A stretch of 64,000 bases of DNA from a virus (Duplodnaviria; Heunggongvirae; Uroviricota; Caudoviricetes): IMG/VR virus record IMGVR_UViG_3300029305_002265; one strand, given 5' to 3'. Of the stretch, positions 45,814 through 55,003 are shown in pieces (position 1 is the first letter of the stretch; every line of letters starts with the position of its first letter). Made by a program: the position numbers and the translations under genes. Under the pieces are notes generated by a model, which was given only the letters and a program-made list of their open reading frames with translations, was not told where the DNA came from and made no database searches.

Positions 45814-46044
45814 CTAAATAACACCGTCTTTGGCAGCACAAACTATTCTATATGTAAAGTCAATGTGGTCTTTATCCACAAAAATAGTAGGAAATCTATT
45901 GCCTTTCATAACTTCAACGGCTTCATCTATGCCGCCATATGGCTTAAGTTTACTCAATGCGTGTGCATACTCACAAGCATTATCGCATTCTTCTGTATAC
46001 TGTTTACCATATCTATTTAAACATTCAAAGCATGGATTATACAT
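45814..46044 (-). CDS. Small Cys-rich hypothetical protein
   Basis: ORF. Confidence 0.25.
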   Translation of the reverse strand: MYNPCFECLNRYGKQYTEECDNACEYAHALSKLKPYGGIDEAVEVMKGNRFPTIFVDKDHIDFTYRIVCAAKDGVI

Positions 46045-46330
46045 CTTCTACCTCACTTTCAAGCCACATCTTTACAATCTCCTTGCAGTCAGGCACATCA
46101 TCGTGATCGGGGAAGTAACGACACCTATTTTCAAGTTCGCACCATGCAAATTCGCATTCTCTCTGACCAAAATCATCCTCCACGGTTGCCTTAACAGATT
46201 CACACCGTTGACAATATGTAGAATCAAACCACTTACTCCAAGGAGAATTGTCCCACATACCGTTTGCGTCGAGCCAATCGGCAAGCTGGTCTATATCTAA
46301 CGACTTCCAATTTTCAAAATTAGTTTTCAT
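46037..46330 (-). CDS. Small acidic Cys-containing hypothetical protein
   Basis: ORF, overlaps neighbours by a few nt (operon). Confidence 0.3.
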   Translation of the reverse strand: MKTNFENWKSLDIDQLADWLDANGMWDNSPWSKWFDSTYCQRCESVKATVEDDFGQRECEFAWCELENRCRYFPDHDDVPDCKEIVKMWLESEVEDV

Positions 46331-46501
46331 AATTACCTTAACCTATAATCACATACTTCTGTTTACGCATACTTTCAGGTGCTCGTTCAGGAAGAAACGG
46401 ATACACCTCTTCTTCTATATATTGTATATCTTCATATTCATAACTCAAAACTTCCATATCTTCAGGAAACTGCTCCAACTTCTCTTTGAGTTCTTTAACG
46501 G

Positions 46502-46762
46502 TCATTGTCCTTTCTCCTTTTCTGCAAGTGCTTTCTTGGCTTCCTCTTTTGTGTGGAATATGAATTTGCCGAAGTCTTCAAATTTACCACAGATGTTTTT
46601 GAAATAAGGCTCATCGTCAAATCCTTCGTGGCATATAAACAGATAATTACCTGTATTACGAATATCAATGGAACCAACATATCCTCGATGTATTGCTGTA
46701 GTGTTTGTTTCAGTATTGAGAGATACTGCATATACTATATCGCCCACTTTACAAGGAGGCAC
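46502..46762 (-). CDS. Small hypothetical protein
   Basis: ORF. Confidence 0.25.
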   Translation of the reverse strand: MPPCKVGDIVYAVSLNTETNTTAIHRGYVGSIDIRNTGNYLFICHEGFDDEPYFKNICGKFEDFGKFIFHTKEEAKKALAEKEKGQ

Positions 46763-46877
46763 TATAACACCGTTGGCGAGAAGGTAGTCGGCAAGTTTTC
46801 GTCCAACTCTTCAGAATACCAATGACTGACATCTACGCCATGAATGAAATCATCTATCAACTCAATAAGCCTATCTC

Positions 46878-47210
46878 TCATTTCCCGTCCTCCGCGTATT
46901 TCTGAAAAACTTTACAAATAGCCATGCCAATATACCCTGCGTACATTTCACCAGCACGGCATAACGACTCACGAAAATCCAAAACGCTTATATTATTTAT
47001 TACTGCTTTATCTGCTTCTGCAATACCGCTTTCCATAGCTCGCATAGTCTCCTCAAAAATCTCCCTCGCAACCTCTGCCCTCGGTGCGACATCGGCAATC
47101 GGAGCTTCGACCATAAGTTTTCTCGCGCCTCCTGCGGGACCGACGTGTACTCTGTCGTATTCGGCTATGAGCTTATCAATATCTGTATATCGTGCCATAT
47201 CATTCACCAC
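46878..47210 (-). CDS. Small hypothetical protein
   Basis: ORF. Confidence 0.25.
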   Translation of the reverse strand: MVNDMARYTDIDKLIAEYDRVHVGPAGGARKLMVEAPIADVAPRAEVAREIFEETMRAMESGIAEADKAVINNISVLDFRESLCRAGEMYAGYIGMAICKVFQKYAEDGK

Positions 47211-47571
47211 CTTTCATCTTCGCACCACAATTACAATAAGGTTCTTTAACATGTTCATTTCTTCCACAAATACTACACCTATAAGCTATGTATTGATGAA
47301 TAACAAGACGACCTTCTTCGTCGAATGTCGCAGGAATCATTGACTCGAATGGTTCTTCAAGCCACTCTCCCTCTATCTGTTTGCGATAGCCTGCATCGTA
47401 GAGTTGTTCCGCAACGCAATGTTTGCAATCAATCTTAGTATGACACTCATCAATTGAAGTATCTCTACAAAATTTCAATACTCTCGCCATTTCCTCAATC
47501 TGCTTCTCTTTGCTCATTTTCTTTTCTTTCTCCGTAACTACAAAACGCATTTGGCCCCGTTGGAACATCAT
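47200..47571 (-). CDS. Small Cys-rich (CxxC x3) hypothetical protein
   Basis: ORF. Confidence 0.3.
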   Translation of the reverse strand: MMFQRGQMRFVVTEKEKKMSKEKQIEEMARVLKFCRDTSIDECHTKIDCKHCVAEQLYDAGYRKQIEGEWLEEPFESMIPATFDEEGRLVIHQYIAYRCSICGRNEHVKEPYCNCGAKMKGGE

Positions 47572-47761
47572 AGTCTACGGTCCATTTCATACAAGTTGTG
47601 TAATCTCCCCAATCTCTATAATGCTTGCAATCCTTGCATCTCACAACTTCTACAACATTTGCAGCATCTTTGTATGCTGTGCAATCTGCTACAATAGCCC
47701 CTTTATGAGTTGCAAGAAACTGACAATTTTCCTTATATAAACACTTTTCACACTTATCCAT
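47495..47761 (-). CDS. Small Cys-rich hypothetical protein
   Basis: ORF. Confidence 0.25.
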   Translation of the reverse strand: MDKCEKCLYKENCQFLATHKGAIVADCTAYKDAANVVEVVRCKDCKHYRDWGDYTTCMKWTVDYDVPTGPNAFCSYGERKENEQREAD

Positions 47762-48095
47762 TGTTTTCCTCCAACAATTCTCTTGCGACCTTTTCTACAT
47801 CAAAAACATCAATATATCCAACATAAGGATATTTATTAAGTGCCTTATCGCTCAACATATCTCTCATCTTCCGAACAGCGTCGGCTTTAATTGTCTTGAT
47901 TTCTTTCCGCAACTTCCCATTATCTTCTACCCAAGCTTCGTTGTACTGCTGTGCCTCTTTGATGAGATCCTGCAATCTTTCAATCTCCGTATTCTGACAA
48001 TGATACTCACAGTAGTCTCTTGTCTTTTTATAACAATTGCCGTCTTGACACCAATGGCAATTTTTAAAATTACACCTAGGCAAGTCTATTCTCAT
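47754..48095 (-). CDS. Small Cys-rich hypothetical protein
   Basis: ORF. Confidence 0.25.
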   Translation of the reverse strand: MRIDLPRCNFKNCHWCQDGNCYKKTRDYCEYHCQNTEIERLQDLIKEAQQYNEAWVEDNGKLRKEIKTIKADAVRKMRDMLSDKALNKYPYVGYIDVFDVEKVARELLEENNG

Positions 48096-49147
48096 ATTTC
48101 GTCCTCTTCTTCTAAATTTTCTATTGGTTCTATTTCGTGTTTAAGTATATACTCAAACTCCACCTTGGTGTCATCACAAGGTGCTGATTTATTATCAAGA
48201 GTTAAATTATCTTCCCAATTCCAATATCGGATCTCCAACTGCCTCATAGTACAAAATGTCTTGAGCAAATCTGCATTCCTTTTGGTGTTATCAAGCGGCA
48301 AACTCTTGTCTAACATAAAAGTGATTCGCTTTGGATTCAATGAAATGAGCAGCTTTGCCTGGGTTGGGCTCAATGAGTTACTACCAAGAGCAACCACATT
48401 GTTATAACCCCAAGAGTCTAATATAAGCACCGATTTCTCACTCTCTACCACAAGGATCTCATTCTCATATAGCGAACTGTAATTTTCTGAGTACCCGAAA
48501 AGAGTTTGAGACATTGGACCATTCTCAAGGTATAGATACTTAGGCTCAAACTCTTCTGGTATCCCATTAAGTCTGCCCTTTATCGCCATGATTTCTCCCG
48601 TAGAAGTTCTGATAGGCAGTGTAATTCTTTGGCTCAGAACATCGTAACCTATGCCCCATTTTCGTTGAGTACTTAGCGAAATTCCATCCTTAAGCCAAAG
48701 AGTATTTGGCGTATTGCCGTATTGCTCAAGTATCTCTTCTGGGTAAGTAGTTACGGCTATTTCGCCATTAGAACGATTTAGACCGTCATATATCCCCCCA
48801 AAGAGCCCCAACTTGCGTTTGTAGTTATATATGGAATCAAGATGTAATTCCTGTTTGATAACATTCATTACATCTTTAAAGGAAATGTTCTTGCTTTTGA
48901 CAAGGTAGTTGATTAGGTCTAACGAGAGGTTTCGCTCATAGTCTTTCACGAATAAATTCTCATTGTCTTGTAATCTAATCACCACCGCAGTCGGATTCAT
49001 TCCGTCCTCAAAAGCACACCTGATTTCTCGGTGACCTCTGCGTATTTTAGAAAAACCAAAGGTGTCGAGGATATGCTCTATGGACTCTGGTTGCTCTAAT
49101 AAACGTTCTTTTACTTCTTTGAACACATCTCTGACACCTCCAATCAT
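48092..49147 (-). CDS. DNA primase-like (TOPRIM-containing, DnaG-like) protein
   Basis: TOPRIM-like acidic cluster (…ILVVESEKSVLILD…) and N-terminal Cys/His region; sits between helicase and polymerase genes. Confidence 0.5.
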   Translation of the reverse strand: MIGGVRDVFKEVKERLLEQPESIEHILDTFGFSKIRRGHREIRCAFEDGMNPTAVVIRLQDNENLFVKDYERNLSLDLINYLVKSKNISFKDVMNVIKQELHLDSIYNYKRKLGLFGGIYDGLNRSNGEIAVTTYPEEILEQYGNTPNTLWLKDGISLSTQRKWGIGYDVLSQRITLPIRTSTGEIMAIKGRLNGIPEEFEPKYLYLENGPMSQTLFGYSENYSSLYENEILVVESEKSVLILDSWGYNNVVALGSNSLSPTQAKLLISLNPKRITFMLDKSLPLDNTKRNADLLKTFCTMRQLEIRYWNWEDNLTLDNKSAPCDDTKVEFEYILKHEIEPIENLEEEDEI

Positions 49148-49164
49148 TTCGTATTGTTAATTAA

Positions 49165-49755
49165 TTATCTTAATGAAGCTTTAAAGTTACTATATGTTCC
49201 AAACTTTTCTTTCCATCCAGCAACGATCTCCGTGGGATTCAGATTGAACTCCTTGCAAACATATGTGATATACTCATTCTCATATAGTTTCTTCCTACGT
49301 TTATTAAACTTCTTAACCTCGGCAAAAACTTCGTCTCTTGAAACACCATACTCCTTAAGGAGATATGTGCTCAAATCGCATTCTGAGTACTCAATAAACT
49401 GGCAGATGGGACACATACACTCAGGTACATCATAATTATAACCACTAGAACAAAAGTCATCAAACAATGTATCCTCATCCATAACTATTAGCTCCTCTTC
49501 AGAAAAATCTCTATAGCTATGAGTGGTGCCATCCCATTTTTCCTTGTTCCATTCATTTTCCATAATCATCTTAAGCATTTCTTGTTTAGTGGGTCTTTCA
49601 AGTGCCTCATCACAACAGAAAATATGTCCATTGACGCACTCCATCATTTCGCAGTCACTCAAAGACAAGTCATAACCGCTTTCATTACGTCCACAAATTT
49701 CGCAGATATAACTCGAACTACTACTATTAGTCACAAAATCTTTTCTAAACTTCAT
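49165..49755 (-). CDS. Paralogue 1 of the MK(I/V)RxDFVTNSSSSS(F/Y) family; Cys-rich (several CxxC) variable C-terminus
   Basis: N-terminus MKFRKDFVTNSSSSSYI shared with four upstream paralogues. Confidence 0.5.
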   Translation of the reverse strand: MKFRKDFVTNSSSSSYICEICGRNESGYDLSLSDCEMMECVNGHIFCCDEALERPTKQEMLKMIMENEWNKEKWDGTTHSYRDFSEEELIVMDEDTLFDDFCSSGYNYDVPECMCPICQFIEYSECDLSTYLLKEYGVSRDEVFAEVKKFNKRRKKLYENEYITYVCKEFNLNPTEIVAGWKEKFGTYSNFKASLR

Positions 49756-49760
49756 AATCG

Positions 49761-50177
49761 TCACCCATTAAAACCTGCACCATACTGAACATCAATATCT
49801 GCAAATCCGTTTTCCTCTTCAATATTATCAATTATTTCTGTGTTAAAATCCTCATAAGACACATCGTAATCTACCTCGCCATCTTCGTCCGCATAAAGAT
49901 CGTCATAATCTCTTACGACAACAAATCTAGAATCCGAATGTTCCATAATATATTCCTTGCTTGGCGTAGCATTTATTCCTGCCCAATCATATTCAAGCCA
50001 CTCAGACCATCTACTATGACGAATTTCATCCAGCACCTCTTCAGATGTGTAAATTTCAATTTGCTTACCATACTTGTCAAGTATGGTCTTTGCCTTTTCT
50101 TCATCTGCAATTCTTGCAAAGCAAACAATATAACTGCTAGAACTGCTATTTGTAACAAAATCTGTTCTAATTTTCAT
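49761..50177 (-). CDS. Paralogue 2 of the MKIRTDFVTNSSSSSY family; highly acidic, Trp-containing C-terminus
   Basis: Conserved N-terminal 17 aa; divergent acidic remainder. Confidence 0.5.
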   Translation of the reverse strand: MKIRTDFVTNSSSSSYIVCFARIADEEKAKTILDKYGKQIEIYTSEEVLDEIRHSRWSEWLEYDWAGINATPSKEYIMEHSDSRFVVVRDYDDLYADEDGEVDYDVSYEDFNTEIIDNIEEENGFADIDVQYGAGFNG

Positions 50178-50189
50178 ATTAAATTCTCC

Positions 50190-50660
50190 TTAATGATGTG
50201 ATATTCTTTGAATTGTGCACGCCACATTAGGCATGATATCATGCTCCAAATCAGAGTTGCAACAATCATCATATTCAACTTCTACAAATACGGTTTTATC
50301 TTCCATATCTTTAAGAATATTATTAACAATATTATCGAGATGTTTTTTAACTTCTTCTGCCCCTTCTTTTGTCTTTACATAATCTACTGAAGCCGAATAA
50401 GAACATCTAGTGCGTCTACGATATGCTTCTTCTACATCCCACTTTACTGTCCATTTGAGCCCATCTCTTACTCTATTAATCGCTTCGTCTTTATCGAATT
50501 TTTCTGCCTCGTCAATATCTCTTATTACTATGCCAACTTTATCGATCGCCCAATTTGGAAACCCAGATACTAGTTCGCTATATATTGTATCTTTGCCCTT
50601 AAATCCAAGAATAAAGCTTGAGCTACTACTATTAGTTACATAATCTGTTCTAATCTTCAT
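50190..50660 (-). CDS. Paralogue 3 of the MKIRTDYVTNSSSSSF family
   Basis: Conserved N-terminal motif. Confidence 0.5.
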   Translation of the reverse strand: MKIRTDYVTNSSSSSFILGFKGKDTIYSELVSGFPNWAIDKVGIVIRDIDEAEKFDKDEAINRVRDGLKWTVKWDVEEAYRRRTRCSYSASVDYVKTKEGAEEVKKHLDNIVNNILKDMEDKTVFVEVEYDDCCNSDLEHDIMPNVACTIQRISHH

Positions 50661-50982
50661 ACAACAAGTCCCTCCAATCTACTTCGTCATCATTTTTATC
50701 TGGCAAATCAAAGCTCCAATCGCTCCAATCAACCTTATTCATATCGACATCAATTTTTTCTAAAAACTCGTACATATCAAAATTGTCCATAGTAGTAGAA
50801 CCTGTAATATAACCATCGCTTTCTCTGATACCCCAAGATTCTTCCGAATAATCAATCCCTAATTTTTCTCCCAATTCTGAGTGGCGTCGGATTGCCTCAA
50901 TCTGGTCGTTATCAAGGTGCTTTTTAGCAATCAAAAAACTACTGCTTGATGAATTAGTTACAAAGTCGTGTCTAATTTTCAT
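50650..50982 (-). CDS. Paralogue 4 of the MKIRHDFVTNSSSSSF family; very acidic
   Basis: Conserved N-terminal motif. Confidence 0.5.
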   Translation of the reverse strand: MKIRHDFVTNSSSSSFLIAKKHLDNDQIEAIRRHSELGEKLGIDYSEESWGIRESDGYITGSTTMDNFDMYEFLEKIDVDMNKVDWSDWSFDLPDKNDDEVDWRDLLYED

Positions 50983-50994
50983 ATTTTCACCTCA

Positions 50995-51366
50995 TCAATC
51001 ACAATAACCATATTCCCAAGGAATATTATATTTACCTAAAATATCTTCAATAATATCCCAATCATATCTACCACAATCATCGTTGTCAATAATAAAATGA
51101 TTATCATACTTTGTATCATCATCCCATCCCCATCCGTTACGGATTTTTGTTGGGTTATCTGTTGTTGCTTCATCAATGTGATATCTACGAGCCACGCATT
51201 CATCAGTTACATCGTCTAAAGTATATTCCTCATCAGCCCATTTTTTACACTCTAGATTTGCAATTTCAAGCAAAATTTCAATTAATCTATCACGAGAAAC
51301 ATCATTTCTGCTAATAATAAAACTACTACTAGAACTATTAGTCACAAAATCTCTGCGTACTTTCAT
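50995..51366 (-). CDS. Paralogue 5 of the MKVRRDFVTNSSSSSF family; acidic/Trp-rich; overlaps the upstream enzyme gene by 29 nt
   Basis: Conserved N-terminal motif; translational coupling to 51338-52438. Confidence 0.5.
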   Translation of the reverse strand: MKVRRDFVTNSSSSSFIISRNDVSRDRLIEILLEIANLECKKWADEEYTLDDVTDECVARRYHIDEATTDNPTKIRNGWGWDDDTKYDNHFIIDNDDCGRYDWDIIEDILGKYNIPWEYGYCD

Positions 51367-52438
51367 ACAGATCTTTCTCCTCTCTATTACACAACACTAT
51401 CTGTCTTCTAATGGGGCATCCACCACGACATTCGCACTGTCTACCGCAACCCTTGCAAGAATGTCTGAAATGATCACGAAAATCTTCAAATTGCTTACTA
51501 TCCCAAGCATTCTGTACAGTGTCATTTGAAATATCATATGCCCATCTCATATCTTGATTGTCAAAACTGCAAGGCAGCATCTTCATATCAGAAGTAATAT
51601 AAGCAGACCATCTGCCACCCTCACAAGTGTCGAAACTATCTTCGTTGATATTAGATGTCATATTGATGAGTGCAGGAACCGTGCAAGAGTCAAATCCAAT
51701 CTTAAAATCAAACTGGTGCGTATCAATAATATGAAAGAACTCCTTTACTCTCTCATCTTCAATGTTCAGAACATTACTCTCCTGACCCAGTCCAACGGGC
51801 TTATGAAGCAGAAAGATAATTGCGTTAACACCCTTGGGAAAGTCATTATTCTTGAGCCTCTCAATTGCCTCGTCAATAGAGTTATTTCCCAATACATAAT
51901 GAATATTAGTCTTTACTCCTGCATCTAAAAGCATCTGAATTGCCCTATAGGTATGCTCCTGGCGATACCAACTAATTGCCACTGCTCCACAAAGTTCCTT
52001 GCAGAGAGCCACAATCTCATCAGTAAATCCAAGACCAGAAGATGTGAAGTTGGGTACGATTTTATTGGCTCTGCAATATCTTAGAATCTTTTCAAAATCT
52101 TCGTGCTGGTCCACATCTCCACGTCCACCAAGAGCAAACTGAAATGTTTTACCTTTACACTCATCAACAATTCTTTTGAAATTATCGAATGACATATTGG
52201 GAAACTTAGTCTTTAGTCCATTCTGATAACACTGAACGCCTGACTTAATACACAGGCCACTAGCGCCGTGAACACAATGTCCCATTACGCCGATATCTAA
52301 CAATTCAGGGAAAGAAGTCATAAATGGATCTACTCCTGTATCCTTGCCGTCCTCAATAACTCCACTACGCACATAAAATCCTGTGTCGGGATTAAACATA
52401 GATACGAACTTATTCTTCTTGTCAATTTTTCTAATCAT
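51338..52438 (-). CDS. Radical-SAM-fold-like enzyme with a C-terminal SPASM/twitch-like Cys cluster (atypical N-terminal Cys spacing CX7CX6C)
   Basis: Order of elements LLDIGVMGHC…C…C / FALGGRGD (GGE-like) / NFTSSG / IHYVLG / AIIFLL, then C…CKGCGRQCECRGGC. Confidence 0.45.
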   Translation of the reverse strand: MIRKIDKKNKFVSMFNPDTGFYVRSGVIEDGKDTGVDPFMTSFPELLDIGVMGHCVHGASGLCIKSGVQCYQNGLKTKFPNMSFDNFKRIVDECKGKTFQFALGGRGDVDQHEDFEKILRYCRANKIVPNFTSSGLGFTDEIVALCKELCGAVAISWYRQEHTYRAIQMLLDAGVKTNIHYVLGNNSIDEAIERLKNNDFPKGVNAIIFLLHKPVGLGQESNVLNIEDERVKEFFHIIDTHQFDFKIGFDSCTVPALINMTSNINEDSFDTCEGGRWSAYITSDMKMLPCSFDNQDMRWAYDISNDTVQNAWDSKQFEDFRDHFRHSCKGCGRQCECRGGCPIRRQIVLCNREEKDLYESTQRFCD

Positions 52439-52472
52439 CTTTCGTTTCTCCTAATCATTTTGTCGTGCCATT

Positions 52473-52536
52473 ATTATAATACAAATTCCTTAATTTGTCA
52501 AGGTGGTTTGGGACTTATTTACAATTTATTTACAAT
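52473..52536 (-). promoter_or_regulatory. Sigma70-type promoter TTGACA-N17-TATAAT with TTGTAAATAAATTGTAAAT repeats; heads the rSAM-paralogue-primase operon
   Basis: rc of 52496-52501 is TTGACA and rc of 52473-52478 is TATAAT; repeats at 52517-52536. Confidence 0.5.
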
Positions 52537-54101
52537 TACTGAATATATCCGTGCTTGAATTTCGCTTTTGCTGCGTCGCTCCAAAGTCCCCACGCGCCCT
52601 GGAACGAGAAAATATACCCTATACCAGTATCTGAACTAACCGCTCCAGATGAACGGCTCTTCTCAATAAACACCGCTCTATACACCATATCGTCCTTTGG
52701 CTGCCATCCAACATTCTCCCATTGATTAGTATTCTTGTTTAATACCGTCTTGAAGGGATTGCAATAATACTTGCTCGAAGGATCGAACTCCTCTTGATAC
52801 ATTGAACGACACAGAATCATCAAGTCGCATACCTCTTTAATCTGCTTACTCATTGATAATACTGAACTATCAAGGAATAACTTGCCAAGCGTATTAATCG
52901 CAAGCTGAAGTGTACAAATTACTTGAGTTCCTGGATACTTACGAGAAAGTGTCTCAAATCTGCGGCTATCCTGAATAAGAGAAAGCCAGCTATTGTCATT
53001 GTTAGTTGAGAGGTCAATCTTAAATGTGTCATACACGCAAGTGTTTACACCTCTATTAAGAATATACAGACGCATCTTCTTAATTGCCAAGCTTACATCA
53101 CTATCTGGAATGCTAATAAAATAAAGTTGCCCCTTATATCTGTCTCTCCAATACTCCTGGGCCTTTGTGATGTATTCCCTGTCTTCCTTACTGATGTTTC
53201 CGTTTATCAGTTTAGTCTTTGTTAAGTTATAATAGTTGAAATGCTTAGTCAATATCAACAAAAGGAAGCCTATCTTAAACGCCTTAGATCTCTGCTCGTT
53301 GGAAATTATCATACATTTGCGACCCTCGTGCATCATCGACATAAGAATGCTAAGAACCATCGTCGTCTTACCTACGTTGGAATATCCACCGATGATAGTC
53401 ATACCATCTGGAATGCCGTTGACCTGTTTCGAGAAATATCTTAAAGCTTCTACTGGATTCCCCATACAATCATCATCGAAGTATTCAAATGGAGTTCCAG
53501 CCTCCTCTCCTCTTTCAAGAGATTCAATAAATTCATCCGTGATATCTAATTCTTCTTCTTCAAGAACCTTACTTGAATACCCCGTGCCAAAACTTTCAAG
53601 TTTCGATGTGTACCAGTCGGTAACCTGTTCACTCGACATTCTAGTAAAAAGTCTCAATGGGTTAATTGTTTTACCCTCATATTGGATAGGTTCAAGTAGA
53701 TTAAAACCAAACTTGTGCATATCAATAATCATATTTGATTTCAGAAGATTGTCAAGGTAGCTCTCGTAGTTCTGATTATTCACGCAATCCGCCATATTCT
53801 TAATTGCCTTGAAACCACCGCTCTCTTCAAGCTTCTCTCTCACATCTTCTGATACATATGTTAAAACGGACACCTCGTCAAACACCGTACACTTTTTATC
53901 TCTAAGTGTCTTCAAGATGCCGTAAATTAATCTCGCATCCTTTGTTAAAAATTTGGAGCTATCGATATTTGTGTCCTCTACCAGCAACATATCATTAACC
54001 ATACTGCCAATCACGTTCGCCTCGATATTGACACGCCCCTCAAGTAATTCCTTGGGAATTTTCTCGGTAACTCCACTTATATATAAATTATTCATTAACA
54101 A
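52536..54101 (-). CDS. Replicative DNA helicase, DnaB-like
   Basis: Walker A GYSNVGKTT, RecA-like C-terminal domain and an N-terminal helical domain; 521 aa. Confidence 0.75.
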   Translation of the reverse strand: MLMNNLYISGVTEKIPKELLEGRVNIEANVIGSMVNDMLLVEDTNIDSSKFLTKDARLIYGILKTLRDKKCTVFDEVSVLTYVSEDVREKLEESGGFKAIKNMADCVNNQNYESYLDNLLKSNMIIDMHKFGFNLLEPIQYEGKTINPLRLFTRMSSEQVTDWYTSKLESFGTGYSSKVLEEEELDITDEFIESLERGEEAGTPFEYFDDDCMGNPVEALRYFSKQVNGIPDGMTIIGGYSNVGKTTMVLSILMSMMHEGRKCMIISNEQRSKAFKIGFLLLILTKHFNYYNLTKTKLINGNISKEDREYITKAQEYWRDRYKGQLYFISIPDSDVSLAIKKMRLYILNRGVNTCVYDTFKIDLSTNNDNSWLSLIQDSRRFETLSRKYPGTQVICTLQLAINTLGKLFLDSSVLSMSKQIKEVCDLMILCRSMYQEEFDPSSKYYCNPFKTVLNKNTNQWENVGWQPKDDMVYRAVFIEKSRSSGAVSSDTGIGYIFSFQGAWGLWSDAAKAKFKHGYIQ

Positions 54102-54592
54102 TCCTCCTCAAAATCCAAAAGAGCTTGTCTAGCTTTTGGCTTGTATTTTGTTTCATAGTGCTCTTCTACTACAACCTTAGGAGGAGCAACTTCTATTGTC
54201 TTCGGCTTAAACGCCTTAATTTTATTCCTAATAATCGCCGACAAATAGCGTATACGCGCGTACTCGGAAGACCCCAACCTAGCAATCGCCGAAGTTAAGT
54301 AATCCTTATTTTCTGCTAAGTACTTAGCGATTTTTGCGTTATCTGCGACCTTATTCCAGACCTGCCATTCCTTGAACAACGCAGTGCTAATTATCTCCTT
54401 CTCGCCCATAATATCGCATATCAAACGATACACTTTATCCTTGTCTTCCTGGGCCTTTTTCTTACGCTCTTCTTCTGCCTCAAACTCAGAGGCTGAGCAA
54501 AAGTATTTGTTCTTATTATTCTTATCTGTGACTTTATATGCCGTCTTCGTGTCAAGCTCTGTGCCACAGATTTTGCATTTGCATCTTGCCAT
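54095..54592 (-). CDS. Hypothetical protein (165 aa) with an N-terminal CxxC pair
   Basis: ORF. Confidence 0.3.
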   Translation of the reverse strand: MARCKCKICGTELDTKTAYKVTDKNNKNKYFCSASEFEAEEERKKKAQEDKDKVYRLICDIMGEKEIISTALFKEWQVWNKVADNAKIAKYLAENKDYLTSAIARLGSSEYARIRYLSAIIRNKIKAFKPKTIEVAPPKVVVEEHYETKYKPKARQALLDFEEDC

Positions 54593-54604
54593 CTCAATCC
54601 CTCC

Positions 54605-54937
54605 TCAAACACGCTTATTAATCTGCCAATCCTTATATCCCATATCCTTATATGCCGCTCTTTTAGCTATCTCTGCCTTCGTGGCGTCCCAATGCTCATC
54701 ACGAATATGATAACGAATGTCTGTAAACACCATGCCCATCTCTTCAAGCGTTTGTTTCACTCGTGAGGCCAAATGTCTGCCACTCATTTCTACGCCTTTA
54801 GCACCGATATGATACGAAGATTTAGGAACCGTAAATAGCAAAATAACACCCTCATCCACATCATCAAATTTATCAATTACAACGCCCATCTCCGCATAAG
54901 TAACGAGCATTGCTTTACCCATCATACCATTGTTCAT
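54605..54937 (-). CDS. Hypothetical protein (110 aa)
   Basis: ORF. Confidence 0.3.
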   Translation of the reverse strand: MNNGMMGKAMLVTYAEMGVVIDKFDDVDEGVILLFTVPKSSYHIGAKGVEMSGRHLASRVKQTLEEMGMVFTDIRYHIRDEHWDATKAEIAKRAAYKDMGYKDWQINKRV

Positions 54938-55003
54938 CTCAAGTCTCTCCTTATGTCAAAAATAAGGAGTAGTGGCCCTGCCACCACTCCTATATATCAA
55001 TTA

